From NCBI GenBank assembly GCA_020831865.1, contig JAFIFT010000016.1, positions 22,780-86,779 of the forward strand: DNA of 64,000 nucleotides, given 5' to 3'. Positions 9,218-18,843 of the stretch are shown one piece after another. This DNA is from Legionellaceae bacterium (GTDB lineage: Bacteria; Pseudomonadota; Gammaproteobacteria; Legionellales; Legionellaceae). Both the position numbers and the translations under genes were made by a program. Below the pieces are notes generated by a model. It saw only the letters and a program-made list of their open reading frames with translations, was not told the origin of the DNA and made no database searches. How positions within the stretch are numbered: the stretch's first letter is position 1; each line of letters opens with the position of its first letter.

Positions 9218-10234
9218 TTATAAAATCTCTTTTTCCATCCGTTGCAGGCGCTGAATAAAATAATCCAGTTGTTTGAACCGTGCCGCATTTTTTCGCCAGC
9301 GTTTATGTTCACAGACCAGAGTCCCGGATGAATAGACCCCGGACCTTAACAAGGATTTCGCCACCGTTGACATTCCGGTGATTACCACCTCATCGGTAAG
9401 ACAGAGGTTAGCGGCAATCGTACTGGCACCCCCAATAATACAGTGCGCACCCAGATGCGTATGCGCCCCCACCGCCGCACATCCGGCAATAGCGCTACCA
9501 TGACCAATACTGACGTCATGCGCAATCTGCACCAGGTTATCCAGAAACACGCCCTGCTCAAGCAGAGTGTCGCTGACCGAGCCGCGATCGATAACCGTAT
9601 TGGCACCAATTCGACAGTAATCGGCAATCAGTACCCCACCAATAGCAGGCCCCGAATGCCAGGCACCCAGGCGTTTGATCACATTAAAGGGAAGCGCACC
9701 AATCACTGCTCCGGAATCAATGCCAACCTGAGCCCCAACCACCGTGCCTTCATGCAACATAACCGCGTTATGCAGGCGCGTCTGGCTACCAATACGAACC
9801 TTTTTTTCCAGCACACAGTTCGCACCGATACGCACCCCATCACCCAGCACGACGCCCTCACCAATGACTGTATTGGCACCAATGCTCACATTGTGACCAA
9901 GCTCTGCGCTCAAATCCACTATGGCATTGGGGTGAATCGTAGCAGGCGCTACGGCCGTATCCTCAAACAGCTTGACCGTTTCTGCCATTGCAAGAAAAGG
10001 ATGAGGCACCACCAGCGCATCAACCGGGCATAACGGTTGCTGACTGGCATTCAATAAGACCGCTGCCGCCTGCGTATCACGCAATAAACGTTCCCGCTGC
10101 GGATTATCGAAATACGCCATATCGCTGCTGCTTGCTGTCGAAAGCGAGGCAACGCCTTTGATGACTTTGGCAGCATCACCGTAAATCTCGGCACCTAAAA
10201 TAGCTGCCAACTGGCCTAATGAATATGAAGGCAT
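9218..10234 (-). CDS. lpxD: UDP-3-O-acylglucosamine N-acyltransferase
   Basis: Hexapeptide repeats, IGANTVIDRG, DNLVQIAHDV. Start set at ATG 10234. Confidence 0.93.
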   Translation of the reverse strand: MPSYSLGQLAAILGAEIYGDAAKVIKGVASLSTASSSDMAYFDNPQRERLLRDTQAAAVLLNASQQPLCPVDALVVPHPFLAMAETVKLFEDTAVAPATIHPNAIVDLSAELGHNVSIGANTVIGEGVVLGDGVRIGANCVLEKKVRIGSQTRLHNAVMLHEGTVVGAQVGIDSGAVIGALPFNVIKRLGAWHSGPAIGGVLIADYCRIGANTVIDRGSVSDTLLEQGVFLDNLVQIAHDVSIGHGSAIAGCAAVGAHTHLGAHCIIGGASTIAANLCLTDEVVITGMSTVAKSLLRSGVYSSGTLVCEHKRWRKNAARFKQLDYFIQRLQRMEKEIL

Positions 10235-10316
10235 AGCGGTCAGAACACTCCTTGGCCGTACCAATACAGCAGGACCTGCCGGAAAAAGCAGTCCTGCTGA
10301 GCAGACAGCAATCTAC

Positions 10317-10817
10317 TTATTTCAATTGTTCCAAAACCTGGGCAGTGATGTCGAGTTTGCTGGCACTATAAGGGGCTGCGTCTTTTTGCAACACCAGGTC
10401 ATATTTTTGCTTGACCGCAATAGCAGCAATAATTTTGCTCACTTCGTCATACAGCGACTGCATGGCTTTGTTATGTGCGGTATTTAATTCCTGCTGATAG
10501 GCTTGCCCATCCTGCTCAAATTTTTGCCTGGACTCCATGATTTTTTTTTGTAAGTCTTTCTTCTCCGTATTGCTCAGTACCGCAGCATCACGATTGAGCT
10601 TCTCCATGTCATTTTTAAGGACCTCTTCCATCTTGACCAGCTTCTCACGCCGCGGGCTAAAATCTTTTTCCAATTTTTGCTGTATTACCTGCATTTTCGG
10701 TGTCGTTTGCATGATTTTCTGCAAATCAACTACCGCAATAGACGCCGCATCGGCAAAAGCGGATACGCTAAAAAGCGAAGCAAACAAAACAAACAGAGCC
10801 ATCATTATGCGTTTCAT
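10317..10817 (-). CDS. skp: Periplasmic chaperone Skp/OmpH
   Basis: Signal peptide, IAVVDLQKI, helical body, YDLVL...DIT. Sits between bamA and lpxD. Confidence 0.93.
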   Translation of the reverse strand: MKRIMMALFVLFASLFSVSAFADAASIAVVDLQKIMQTTPKMQVIQQKLEKDFSPRREKLVKMEEVLKNDMEKLNRDAAVLSNTEKKDLQKKIMESRQKFEQDGQAYQQELNTAHNKAMQSLYDEVSKIIAAIAVKQKYDLVLQKDAAPYSASKLDITAQVLEQLK

Positions 10818-10952
10818 ATTATTCTCCTGTTAGAAACTGGCATACTCTACCATATTTTCATAAGCGATGCGAATCCTCCACACCCAAGACAATGGGCTGG
10901 TTGCGGTGGAGTCATCGCCATAGCGCAACGGCCAAAAGACCGCTGCTCGCAC

Positions 10953-13271
10953 TTAAAAGGAAGAAGACAAGGCAAACTGGAAGTTTTGCAGCTGATCACC
11001 GGGTTGTTTATTCAGGGGTTGCGCCAGGCTGAAGGCCAGAGGCCCGAATGGCGAGCGCCATTCGACCGACACACCGGCCGAATAGCGCATGGGGCCGGCT
11101 GCTGTTCCGGTCAAGGCGGCCGGAACTCCTCTGGAAAAGACATTACCGGCATCAACAAACACACTGGTACGCACCGCATCACGGCTCAACGGATAGGGTA
11201 AAATGATCCCCGCACTACCATTCACCAGAAAGTTCGCACCCAGCGAATTACCGAAATTATCCTGTGGGCCCAATGAAAAACTGTCAAAACCACGCACCTG
11301 TCCTGGCTGCGCAATACCACCGGCATAGTAGTTTTCAAAAAATGGCAAACCGCCCTGATTGGAGCGAAAGGAATTTCCATACCCCACGTTGCCCAGAAGA
11401 CTCAGAATAAAGCCCTTCAGCAAAGGCTGGTATAAATGCGCCTGGTAGGATGTTTTGTAATATGACAGCGAATGCGAATTGGCCGGCAAGGCCGCCAGCA
11501 CGGTTGCCTGCTGGTTGATACCACGCGTAGGGTATGGCATCTGATCATAACTGTTGCGTGCCCAACCGCCCGTCAATCGAATTTGATCGAATTTACGCCC
11601 ATTGGCATTGACAAAATTCTGGATTTGCACCACACGGCCAACCGAACGGATATTCAAATCCTGATAACCAAAGCCAAACTGCATGCTGCTGTTTTCACTC
11701 AGTAACACATTATAGTTAATATCCCCACCATAGCGATTGGACGAGTAGCTACTGACTTCCAGGCCACGAGGATTCACCCGGGAATAATAAAGGTTCATCC
11801 CACGCCCAACACCAGTTTGCGTGTAAAATGGATTATAGTAATTGAACGAATAATCCTGCCCCCAACGGCTGGCGTTAAAACTAAAGCCCACCGAGCGACC
11901 CGTCCCCATAAAGTTATGCTGGTTAACCGCCGCATTAAACTGGGCTCCATTGGTACCATAACCGAGAGAGGCGGTTGCTTCTGCTGAAGGGGCTTCTTCA
12001 ACCTGCACATCCAAATCCACTTGATTGTTGGTTCCCGGCACCGGGTTGGTTTTCACATTAATATTTTTCAAATAGCCAATGTTGCGCAGTTGTCGTTCTG
12101 ATTCTTTGATATTGTGCAGGGATAACAAGCCCCCCTCATCCTGACGAATCACATTGCGCAAAACGTAATCGGCTGTTTTGGTATTACCAATAAAGTTGAT
12201 GCGACGCACATAGACATGACGCCCCGGATCAACCGAAAAAGTCACAAAGACGGTTTTGTTTTTCTCATCAATCCGTGGTTCGGCATTAATCGCCGGGAAA
12301 CCATAGCCATAATCGCCCAGTGCCAGCCCCATGGCCGAGATACTCTCGGTCACCTTTTTACGTGAAAATACGGCTGATTTTTCGACTTTAATCAACGCGT
12401 CCATTTTCTCACGCGATAAAATTGGCTTACCCACAATATCATAACCGGCAAAACGGTACTGCGGACCTTCATCAATATGAATCACAATAAACACATCTTT
12501 TTTATCCGGCGCCAGTAACACCTGCGATGAAATAATATTAAATTTCAAATAGCCTCTATCCAGATAAAAAGAACGCATGGCTTCCAGGGAGGCATCCATG
12601 GCGGTTTTCGAATACTGATCGCGCTTACTAAAGTAGGTCAATACTCCCTGTGGTGCCAGGGAAAAATCGGCCAGGAGCTCGGACTGACTAAAGTCATGGT
12701 TGCCGATAATTTTAATTTCTTTAATACGGGAAACGCGCCCTTCCGAAATCGTCACCGTGATAGCGACCCGGTTTTCCGTGATATTGGTCACTTTGGTATC
12801 TATACGGGCATTGTATTTACCGCGAGCATTATAGGCTTGTTTCAATTCACGGGTAATACGCTCCAGCGCTGAGCGTTGAAAGATACGTCCTTTTACCAGG
12901 CCATTTTCCTTTAAAAAGGACTTCATTTGCTCACTGTTGATTTCTTTATTACCCGTGACACTAATACTACCAATCGTCGAGCGTTCGACGACATTCACAA
13001 TGAGGGTTCCCTCTTCCTGTTCAAGACTGACCGACTGAAAAAATCCAGTATCATACAGTGCCTTAATAATCCTGGGCGTTGCGGAGGGGTGAATTTCTTC
13101 ACCAATTTGTACGGGCAAATAATTTAAGACCGTTCCGGTCGCTATCCGTTGCGTCCCCACTACTTTAATGTGTCTGACAATAAAACCGTTTGCCGAATAG
13201 ACTTCAGAAGAACAAAAAACCGCCGCGGAACAACAAAGACTCAATACCAACTTTTTACTAACTTTTTTCAT
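10953..13271 (-). CDS. bamA: Outer membrane protein assembly factor BamA
   Basis: POTRA repeats, VRGF motif, SPFGPL, terminal Phe. Confidence 0.97.
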   Translation of the reverse strand: MKKVSKKLVLSLCCSAAVFCSSEVYSANGFIVRHIKVVGTQRIATGTVLNYLPVQIGEEIHPSATPRIIKALYDTGFFQSVSLEQEEGTLIVNVVERSTIGSISVTGNKEINSEQMKSFLKENGLVKGRIFQRSALERITRELKQAYNARGKYNARIDTKVTNITENRVAITVTISEGRVSRIKEIKIIGNHDFSQSELLADFSLAPQGVLTYFSKRDQYSKTAMDASLEAMRSFYLDRGYLKFNIISSQVLLAPDKKDVFIVIHIDEGPQYRFAGYDIVGKPILSREKMDALIKVEKSAVFSRKKVTESISAMGLALGDYGYGFPAINAEPRIDEKNKTVFVTFSVDPGRHVYVRRINFIGNTKTADYVLRNVIRQDEGGLLSLHNIKESERQLRNIGYLKNINVKTNPVPGTNNQVDLDVQVEEAPSAEATASLGYGTNGAQFNAAVNQHNFMGTGRSVGFSFNASRWGQDYSFNYYNPFYTQTGVGRGMNLYYSRVNPRGLEVSSYSSNRYGGDINYNVLLSENSSMQFGFGYQDLNIRSVGRVVQIQNFVNANGRKFDQIRLTGGWARNSYDQMPYPTRGINQQATVLAALPANSHSLSYYKTSYQAHLYQPLLKGFILSLLGNVGYGNSFRSNQGGLPFFENYYAGGIAQPGQVRGFDSFSLGPQDNFGNSLGANFLVNGSAGIILPYPLSRDAVRTSVFVDAGNVFSRGVPAALTGTAAGPMRYSAGVSVEWRSPFGPLAFSLAQPLNKQPGDQLQNFQFALSSSF

Positions 13272-13384
13272 TATTATTATAGGCCCAGTACGTCTACGTT
13301 TAATTAGAAATTATGAGAGCATCTCAAAATTTGACAAACAATTGCTCCCTTTTAAAGCATGACAAAGCCACTGTCAAGTGATCT

Positions 13385-14746
13385 TTAAGATAGCAGGCGC
13401 AGGATATCATTACGCACAGCCACTGCCATTAAGGCAATCAAAAGCAGAAGCCCCACATAGGTAAAAACAAGACGCAGCTGCTCCGAAACCGGTTTTCGCT
13501 GAATGATTTCGACCAGATAAAAAAGCAGATGCCCACCATCCAACATAGGCACCGGCAGCAAATTTAACACGCCAAGGCTAATACTCACAAGCGCCAAAAA
13601 GAAAAGATAATACACCAGACCACTTTTGGCAGAATCGCCGGCTCCCTGCGCAATACCCAGTGGACCACTCACGGTCTCCAGAGATAATTTTCCGCTAATC
13701 AAGCGACCAATAAAGCTTAGGGTGGTCACACTCAAGTGCCAGGTTTTGTGCGCCGCACTGGCTATCGCCACTAACGGTCCGTCCCTTTGCAGCCGCAACC
13801 ATTCCTTAGGCCACTGCGGTTGAGCGGACATCAAACCGATAAACCCCTGCGACTCACCATTCACCTGCCTTTCGCCGATAGTCAGGTTGATGGTTTTTTC
13901 CTGCCCGGCACGCATCAGCCTGATCTCGATGGTTTGGCCTGGATATTGTTGCACATAATCGACCAACTCCCGCCAGTCGCTAATCGTTTGGCCATTGACC
14001 GCCACAATGCGATCCCCCTCCTCAATACCGGCTTGCTGTGCCGGCATATTCTCCACCACCCGCGCCACCAGCGGCGGGATACCAGGCAGAAAGGGTTGTA
14101 TACCAAAGCTTGCCAGAATATCGGGCTTTTTGAAGTCCAGACGCCAGTCTTTTAAGGGTAATTGAATAGACTCCGTAGCCCCCGTTTGCAGCGTCTTGAC
14201 CCGTAGGTGCAGGACCTGCTCGGTGCCAATATGAGGCATAAGACTAAACTGAAAGTCACGCCATGAACGGGTAGGCTCACCCTCAAGACTCAAAATTTCC
14301 TGGCCGGCACGCAGGCCTGCCTGCTCCGCGATGCTGCCAGGCTCCACCGCATCAATCATAGGTGCCAGCGAATATACCCCTATCACCGCCGCCAGCCACA
14401 GTGCGGCAAAGGCAAAGATAAAATTAAACGCCGGCCCGGCCAGTACAATCAGAATACGTTTCCAGACCGGCTGACGATTAAAGGCGTGCGGCCGCTCCTC
14501 TGCGGCAACCTCCCCCTCTGTTTCATCCAGCATTTTTACATACCCCCCCAGGGGCCACAGTGACCAGGAAAATTCCGTGCCATGGCGGTCAGAAAAATGC
14601 CACAATACCGGACCAAAGCCAAAGGAAAAACGCAAGACCTTGACCCCACACCAACGGGCCACGACAAAATGGCCGTACTCATGAAAACAGATGAGCAGCA
14701 GCAGGGCAAGAATAAACGACAAGACGGTCAGGATCATAAGTAACAA
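13385..14746 (-). CDS. rseP: RIP metalloprotease RseP
   Basis: HEYGH, PLGGYVKM, two PDZ domains, NLLPVPMLDGG. The start may be ATG 14737. Confidence 0.96.
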   Translation of the reverse strand: MLLMILTVLSFILALLLLICFHEYGHFVVARWCGVKVLRFSFGFGPVLWHFSDRHGTEFSWSLWPLGGYVKMLDETEGEVAAEERPHAFNRQPVWKRILIVLAGPAFNFIFAFAALWLAAVIGVYSLAPMIDAVEPGSIAEQAGLRAGQEILSLEGEPTRSWRDFQFSLMPHIGTEQVLHLRVKTLQTGATESIQLPLKDWRLDFKKPDILASFGIQPFLPGIPPLVARVVENMPAQQAGIEEGDRIVAVNGQTISDWRELVDYVQQYPGQTIEIRLMRAGQEKTINLTIGERQVNGESQGFIGLMSAQPQWPKEWLRLQRDGPLVAIASAAHKTWHLSVTTLSFIGRLISGKLSLETVSGPLGIAQGAGDSAKSGLVYYLFFLALVSISLGVLNLLPVPMLDGGHLLFYLVEIIQRKPVSEQLRLVFTYVGLLLLIALMAVAVRNDILRLLS

Positions 14747-15553
14747 TTAATAACTCAAACAATAAGAATATAAAATAGCCGCCAGCGGTGTAACCGCTAA
14801 CAGGCTGTCCAGTCGATCGAGCATCCCACCGTGCCCAGGTAGTATCTGGCCCGTATCTTTCAACTGCTGACGCCGCTTTAGCATACTGATAAACAAATCA
14901 CCAAAGATAGACTGCAGCGCCAGCAATAGCGCCCCAACATACCAACATACAAGGGTCGGCGGTTTAAAATAAGCCGCTCCCGCCAGGGCGACCAGGCTTA
15001 CCAACATCAGTCCACCCAGCACACCTTCCCAGCTTTTTCCGGGACTGACGCGGGGAATTAATTTATGTTGACCATAGCGTCTGCCCGCCAAATAGGCACC
15101 CACATCGGCAGCCCAGACCAGCACAATGGTATACATTAACAAGGCGGCCCCGAAAACAGGTCGTGTTATAATAGCCGTTAACGCATACATAAACAGCGGC
15201 AACAGAAGCAAGCCGGCTATGGCCACCACCGCGGGATACCCCCAGAGTCGCTGGGAAGCCGGATAGGTCAAAATGGCCATAATAATGACCGTCCAGCTGA
15301 GTACCGCAAGCCAAAACCACCACCACGGCGCCATAGGATAAAACACCGCCAGAGCAGAGAATAAAAGCACCACAACACAGTAAGTAACCGCCACAGGACG
15401 CGAGGATAAGGCTATCAACCGGGTCCATTCCCAGCCGGATACTGCCAGTAACAGCATCCCAAACCCAAACTGCAACCCGGGCAACCCGGAGAAGAGGATA
15501 GCGATGACCAAAGGAACGATCATAGCGGATGTGATCACGCGTTGTCTGAACAT
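14747..15553 (-). CDS. cdsA: Phosphatidate cytidylyltransferase
   Basis: [30 protein letters not shown]. Confidence 0.96.
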   Translation of the reverse strand: MFRQRVITSAMIVPLVIAILFSGLPGLQFGFGMLLLAVSGWEWTRLIALSSRPVAVTYCVVVLLFSALAVFYPMAPWWWFWLAVLSWTVIIMAILTYPASQRLWGYPAVVAIAGLLLLPLFMYALTAIITRPVFGAALLMYTIVLVWAADVGAYLAGRRYGQHKLIPRVSPGKSWEGVLGGLMLVSLVALAGAAYFKPPTLVCWYVGALLLALQSIFGDLFISMLKRRQQLKDTGQILPGHGGMLDRLDSLLAVTPLAAILYSYCLSY

Positions 15554-16293
15554 AGCTCTCTCTCTGCTGCGGAGGTTTCGTGTAATACCCCAAAACGGCG
15601 CTCACGCTTGCGATAGCTGTCTATCGCACGCATAAATTCCTGCTCATCAAAATCAGGCCATAAGATCTCGGTAAAATACAGTTCGGTGTACGCTGACTGC
15701 CATAAGAAAAAATTACTCAAACGGTACTCGCCGCTGGTACGGATCAATAAATCCGGATCGGGGATACCGGCATGGCTTAAATGGCGGGCCAGCACAGACT
15801 CCGAAATCGCATCCACTGACAACTGTCCGGTACTGACCTGTCGAGCCACCGCGCGACAGGCTTGCGTAATATCCCACTTTCCCCCATAGTTGACCATGAT
15901 GTTCAGGAGCAAATGCTGATTTTTCGCCGTTTGCCGTTCCGCCTCTCGCATTTCTTGCTGTAATTCCTTGCTTAGCGAGCTCCGATCGCCGCTAAAGCGC
16001 AGACGAATTCCCTGTTGGGTTAATTCCGTCACTTCTTGACGCAAGGCCTCTAAAAAAAGCCCCATCAAAAAATTGACCTCCGGCTCCGGCCGTTGCCAGT
16101 TTTCACTGCTAAAAGCAAACAGGCTCAAAACGGAAATATGGTTACGCAGGCAACAAGCCACCACAGCTTTCACCGCCTGCACACCGGCACTGTGCCCTTC
16201 AATGCGCGGCAGCCCCTGTCTTGCTGCCCAGCGCCCATTCCCATCCATGACAATAGCAATATGTTGAGGTACTTTTTCAGCCAACGCCGACAC
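15535..16293 (-). CDS. uppS: Undecaprenyl diphosphate synthase
   Basis: [30 protein letters not shown]. Confidence 0.97.
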   Translation of the reverse strand: MSALAEKVPQHIAIVMDGNGRWAARQGLPRIEGHSAGVQAVKAVVACCLRNHISVLSLFAFSSENWQRPEPEVNFLMGLFLEALRQEVTELTQQGIRLRFSGDRSSLSKELQQEMREAERQTAKNQHLLLNIMVNYGGKWDITQACRAVARQVSTGQLSVDAISESVLARHLSHAGIPDPDLLIRTSGEYRLSNFFLWQSAYTELYFTEILWPDFDEQEFMRAIDSYRKRERRFGVLHETSAAERELCSDNA

Positions 16294-16429
16294 CTATTGA
16301 AAAAAGAAAATGGGGCTTAGTCTACTCGACTTTATAGCAAATATAAAGCTGCGTCTGCAGCGATACCGCGCCCAAAATATGAAAAAACCACCGCAGCGCT
16401 GCAAGCGGACGTTCTCCGCTCCCCACCGC

Positions 16430-17065
16430 TCAGACTTGCTCGCGGAGGATGGACTGTACGGTCAGCCAATCCCGATGCGCCTCCTTTTTATCGCTCGGAT
16501 GACGCAGAAGATAGGCGGGATGATAACTCACCATACAGGGCGTATGCTGATAATGGTGCCGCTGGCCACGCAATTGCCTAAGCGGCAGTGGCTTACCGAA
16601 TAAAAACTGGCCAGCAAAACGCCCCAGGGCAAGAATCAGACCAGGTTTCACCAGCTCGATTTGACGGCTGAGATATGCACTGCACTGCGCAATTTCCTCG
16701 GCGGCCGGATCACGATTGTGGGGAGGGCGACATTTCAATACGTTGGCAATATAGACCTCTTCCTCCGTCAACCCGATGCTGCGCAGCATTTGCGTGAGTA
16801 AACGCCCTGCTTTACCCACAAAAGGTCGGCCACTCTGATCCTCATAAAAACCGGGAGCCTCACCAATAATCATCAGTCTGGCTTGTGGATTCCCCCGGCT
16901 AAAAACCGTTTTGCTGCGCGTCTGATGTAGTGGACAACGGGTGCATGCAGCCACTTCTTCAGCCAGAATCGCTAATGGCTGCACACCAGAAAAAGGCCGT
17001 GGACGCGGCAACCATAGCTCGATATCCATCGCCTGTAAATAATGGTAGCTTGATGCATCTGACAT
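16430..17065 (-). CDS. Family-4 (4Fe-4S) uracil-DNA glycosylase
   Basis: CTRCPL, GEAPG, NVLKCRPPHNRDP, AQC, HPAYLL. Confidence 0.93.
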   Translation of the reverse strand: MSDASSYHYLQAMDIELWLPRPRPFSGVQPLAILAEEVAACTRCPLHQTRSKTVFSRGNPQARLMIIGEAPGFYEDQSGRPFVGKAGRLLTQMLRSIGLTEEEVYIANVLKCRPPHNRDPAAEEIAQCSAYLSRQIELVKPGLILALGRFAGQFLFGKPLPLRQLRGQRHHYQHTPCMVSYHPAYLLRHPSDKKEAHRDWLTVQSILREQV

Positions 17066-17307
17066 AACACGCTCATTTCAGTGAGAAAAACCGGTATTGA
17101 CACTCAATACCCGGCCAAAACAGGGGATATGCTAATATCTTCCCTGACGAATGTATAGCCTTACAAGGTCAAAAGATCATGGATGTTGTTACCGTGTCCG
17201 GCCCACATTCTGCCCAGCCACCGCAAGCATCACTACCAGGCGATTGCTATCTTGCTGTTTAGCGGCTAAACACGTACAGTTATACTATTTACCGCCCTGT
17301 ACTGATT

Positions 17308-18843
17308 ATGAAAAAACTAAAACCCATCGTGTTGATTATCCTCGATGGCTGGGGATACCAGCCGCAAGACGCCCATAATGCCATTAGCCAGGCGAACACC
17401 CCCACCTGGGATCACTGGTGGCAAAGCATGCCCCACATGTTGCTTGATGCCTCGGGAGAAAGTGTCGGGCTTCCCTCCGGACAAATGGGTAATTCCGAGG
17501 TGGGACATATGCATATTGGTGCAGGGCGGGTGATTGCGCAGGATTATACCCGCATCAATCAGGCGATAGCCCAACATGAGCTCCCAAATAATCCGGTACT
17601 ACAGCACCTGATACGCCGCCTGCAAACAAGCGGCGCGGCCTTGCATCTGGCGGGATTAGTCTCGACAGGCGGAGTACACAGTCACGAAGCGCATCTTTTC
17701 GCCCTGATAGACCTGCTGGCACCCAAACTCTCCTCCCCGGTGTATCTCCACTGTTTCCTGGATGGTCGTGACTGCCCTCCCCAGAGTGCACGTGAGAGTC
17801 TTCAGCGCCTGGCAGAGAAAATACAAGCCTATCCCCATGTCCACATTCAAAGCCTGTCCGGCCGCTATTATGCCATGGATAGGGACCAACGCTGGGAGCG
17901 TATTGCAAAAGCCTATGATTGCATTGCCCATGCGCACAGCGAGCACTGCTTTGCCCAACCCGAGGACGCGATAGCGTATTTTTATCATCACCAGATCTAT
18001 GATGAATTTATAGTTCCAAGCCAGATCGGTACCCCCCATCCGGTCAGAGATGGCGATAGCTTTCTTTTTTTCAATTTCCGCTCCGACCGGGCCCGCCAAC
18101 TGACACAAGCCTTTATTGACCCGGATTTTGATCGCTTTAACAACCACAAACGCCCCAAGCTGGCTGAGTTTGTCAGCATGACCCAATACAGTGATGCCCT
18201 GCCGTGTACCGTCTTGTTTCCCCCGCAAATCCTCGAGCATACCCTCGGCCAAATACTGGCGGAACAGGGGTTGAGCCAGCTGCGCATTGCCGAAACGGAA
18301 AAATATGCCCATGTAACGTTCTTTTTTAATGGCGGTGCGGAACAGGTTTTTCCCAATGAAGATCGGGTATTGATTGCGTCACCAAAAGTCAGTACTTATG
18401 ATCTGCAACCGGAGATGAGCGCACCCGAGCTCACCGCAGCTTTACAGGAAGCTATCGACTCCGCCGCCTATGATGTGATCATTTGTAACTATGCCAATGC
18501 CGACATGGTCGGGCATACCGGTAATCTGCCGGCGACTATTGAAGCGATAGAAACCCTGGATGGTTGCTTGCGGCAAGTTGCCGACAGTACAGCACGGGCA
18601 GGCGGTTGCCTGCTCATCACGGCTGACCATGGCAACGCCGAGCAAATGTTTGATGATACTACCGGACAAGCCCATACCGCGCACACCAGCCAACCGGTGC
18701 CGTTACTGTTTGTTGGTCAGGGCTGGTCGTTTCAGCAAAAAACAGGGACTTTGGCCGACATTGCCCCCAGCATTCTGCATCTGTTGCAAATCCAAGCACC
18801 CCGTGAAATGACCGGACGCAATCTGTTGGCAGCACGGCCATGA
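17308..18843 (+). CDS. gpmI: 2,3-bisphosphoglycerate-independent phosphoglycerate mutase
   Basis: IILDGWG, GNSEVGH, AETEKYAHVTFF, TADHGNAE. Confidence 0.97.
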   Translation: MKKLKPIVLIILDGWGYQPQDAHNAISQANTPTWDHWWQSMPHMLLDASGESVGLPSGQMGNSEVGHMHIGAGRVIAQDYTRINQAIAQHELPNNPVLQHLIRRLQTSGAALHLAGLVSTGGVHSHEAHLFALIDLLAPKLSSPVYLHCFLDGRDCPPQSARESLQRLAEKIQAYPHVHIQSLSGRYYAMDRDQRWERIAKAYDCIAHAHSEHCFAQPEDAIAYFYHHQIYDEFIVPSQIGTPHPVRDGDSFLFFNFRSDRARQLTQAFIDPDFDRFNNHKRPKLAEFVSMTQYSDALPCTVLFPPQILEHTLGQILAEQGLSQLRIAETEKYAHVTFFFNGGAEQVFPNEDRVLIASPKVSTYDLQPEMSAPELTAALQEAIDSAAYDVIICNYANADMVGHTGNLPATIEAIETLDGCLRQVADSTARAGGCLLITADHGNAEQMFDDTTGQAHTAHTSQPVPLLFVGQGWSFQQKTGTLADIAPSILHLLQIQAPREMTGRNLLAARP

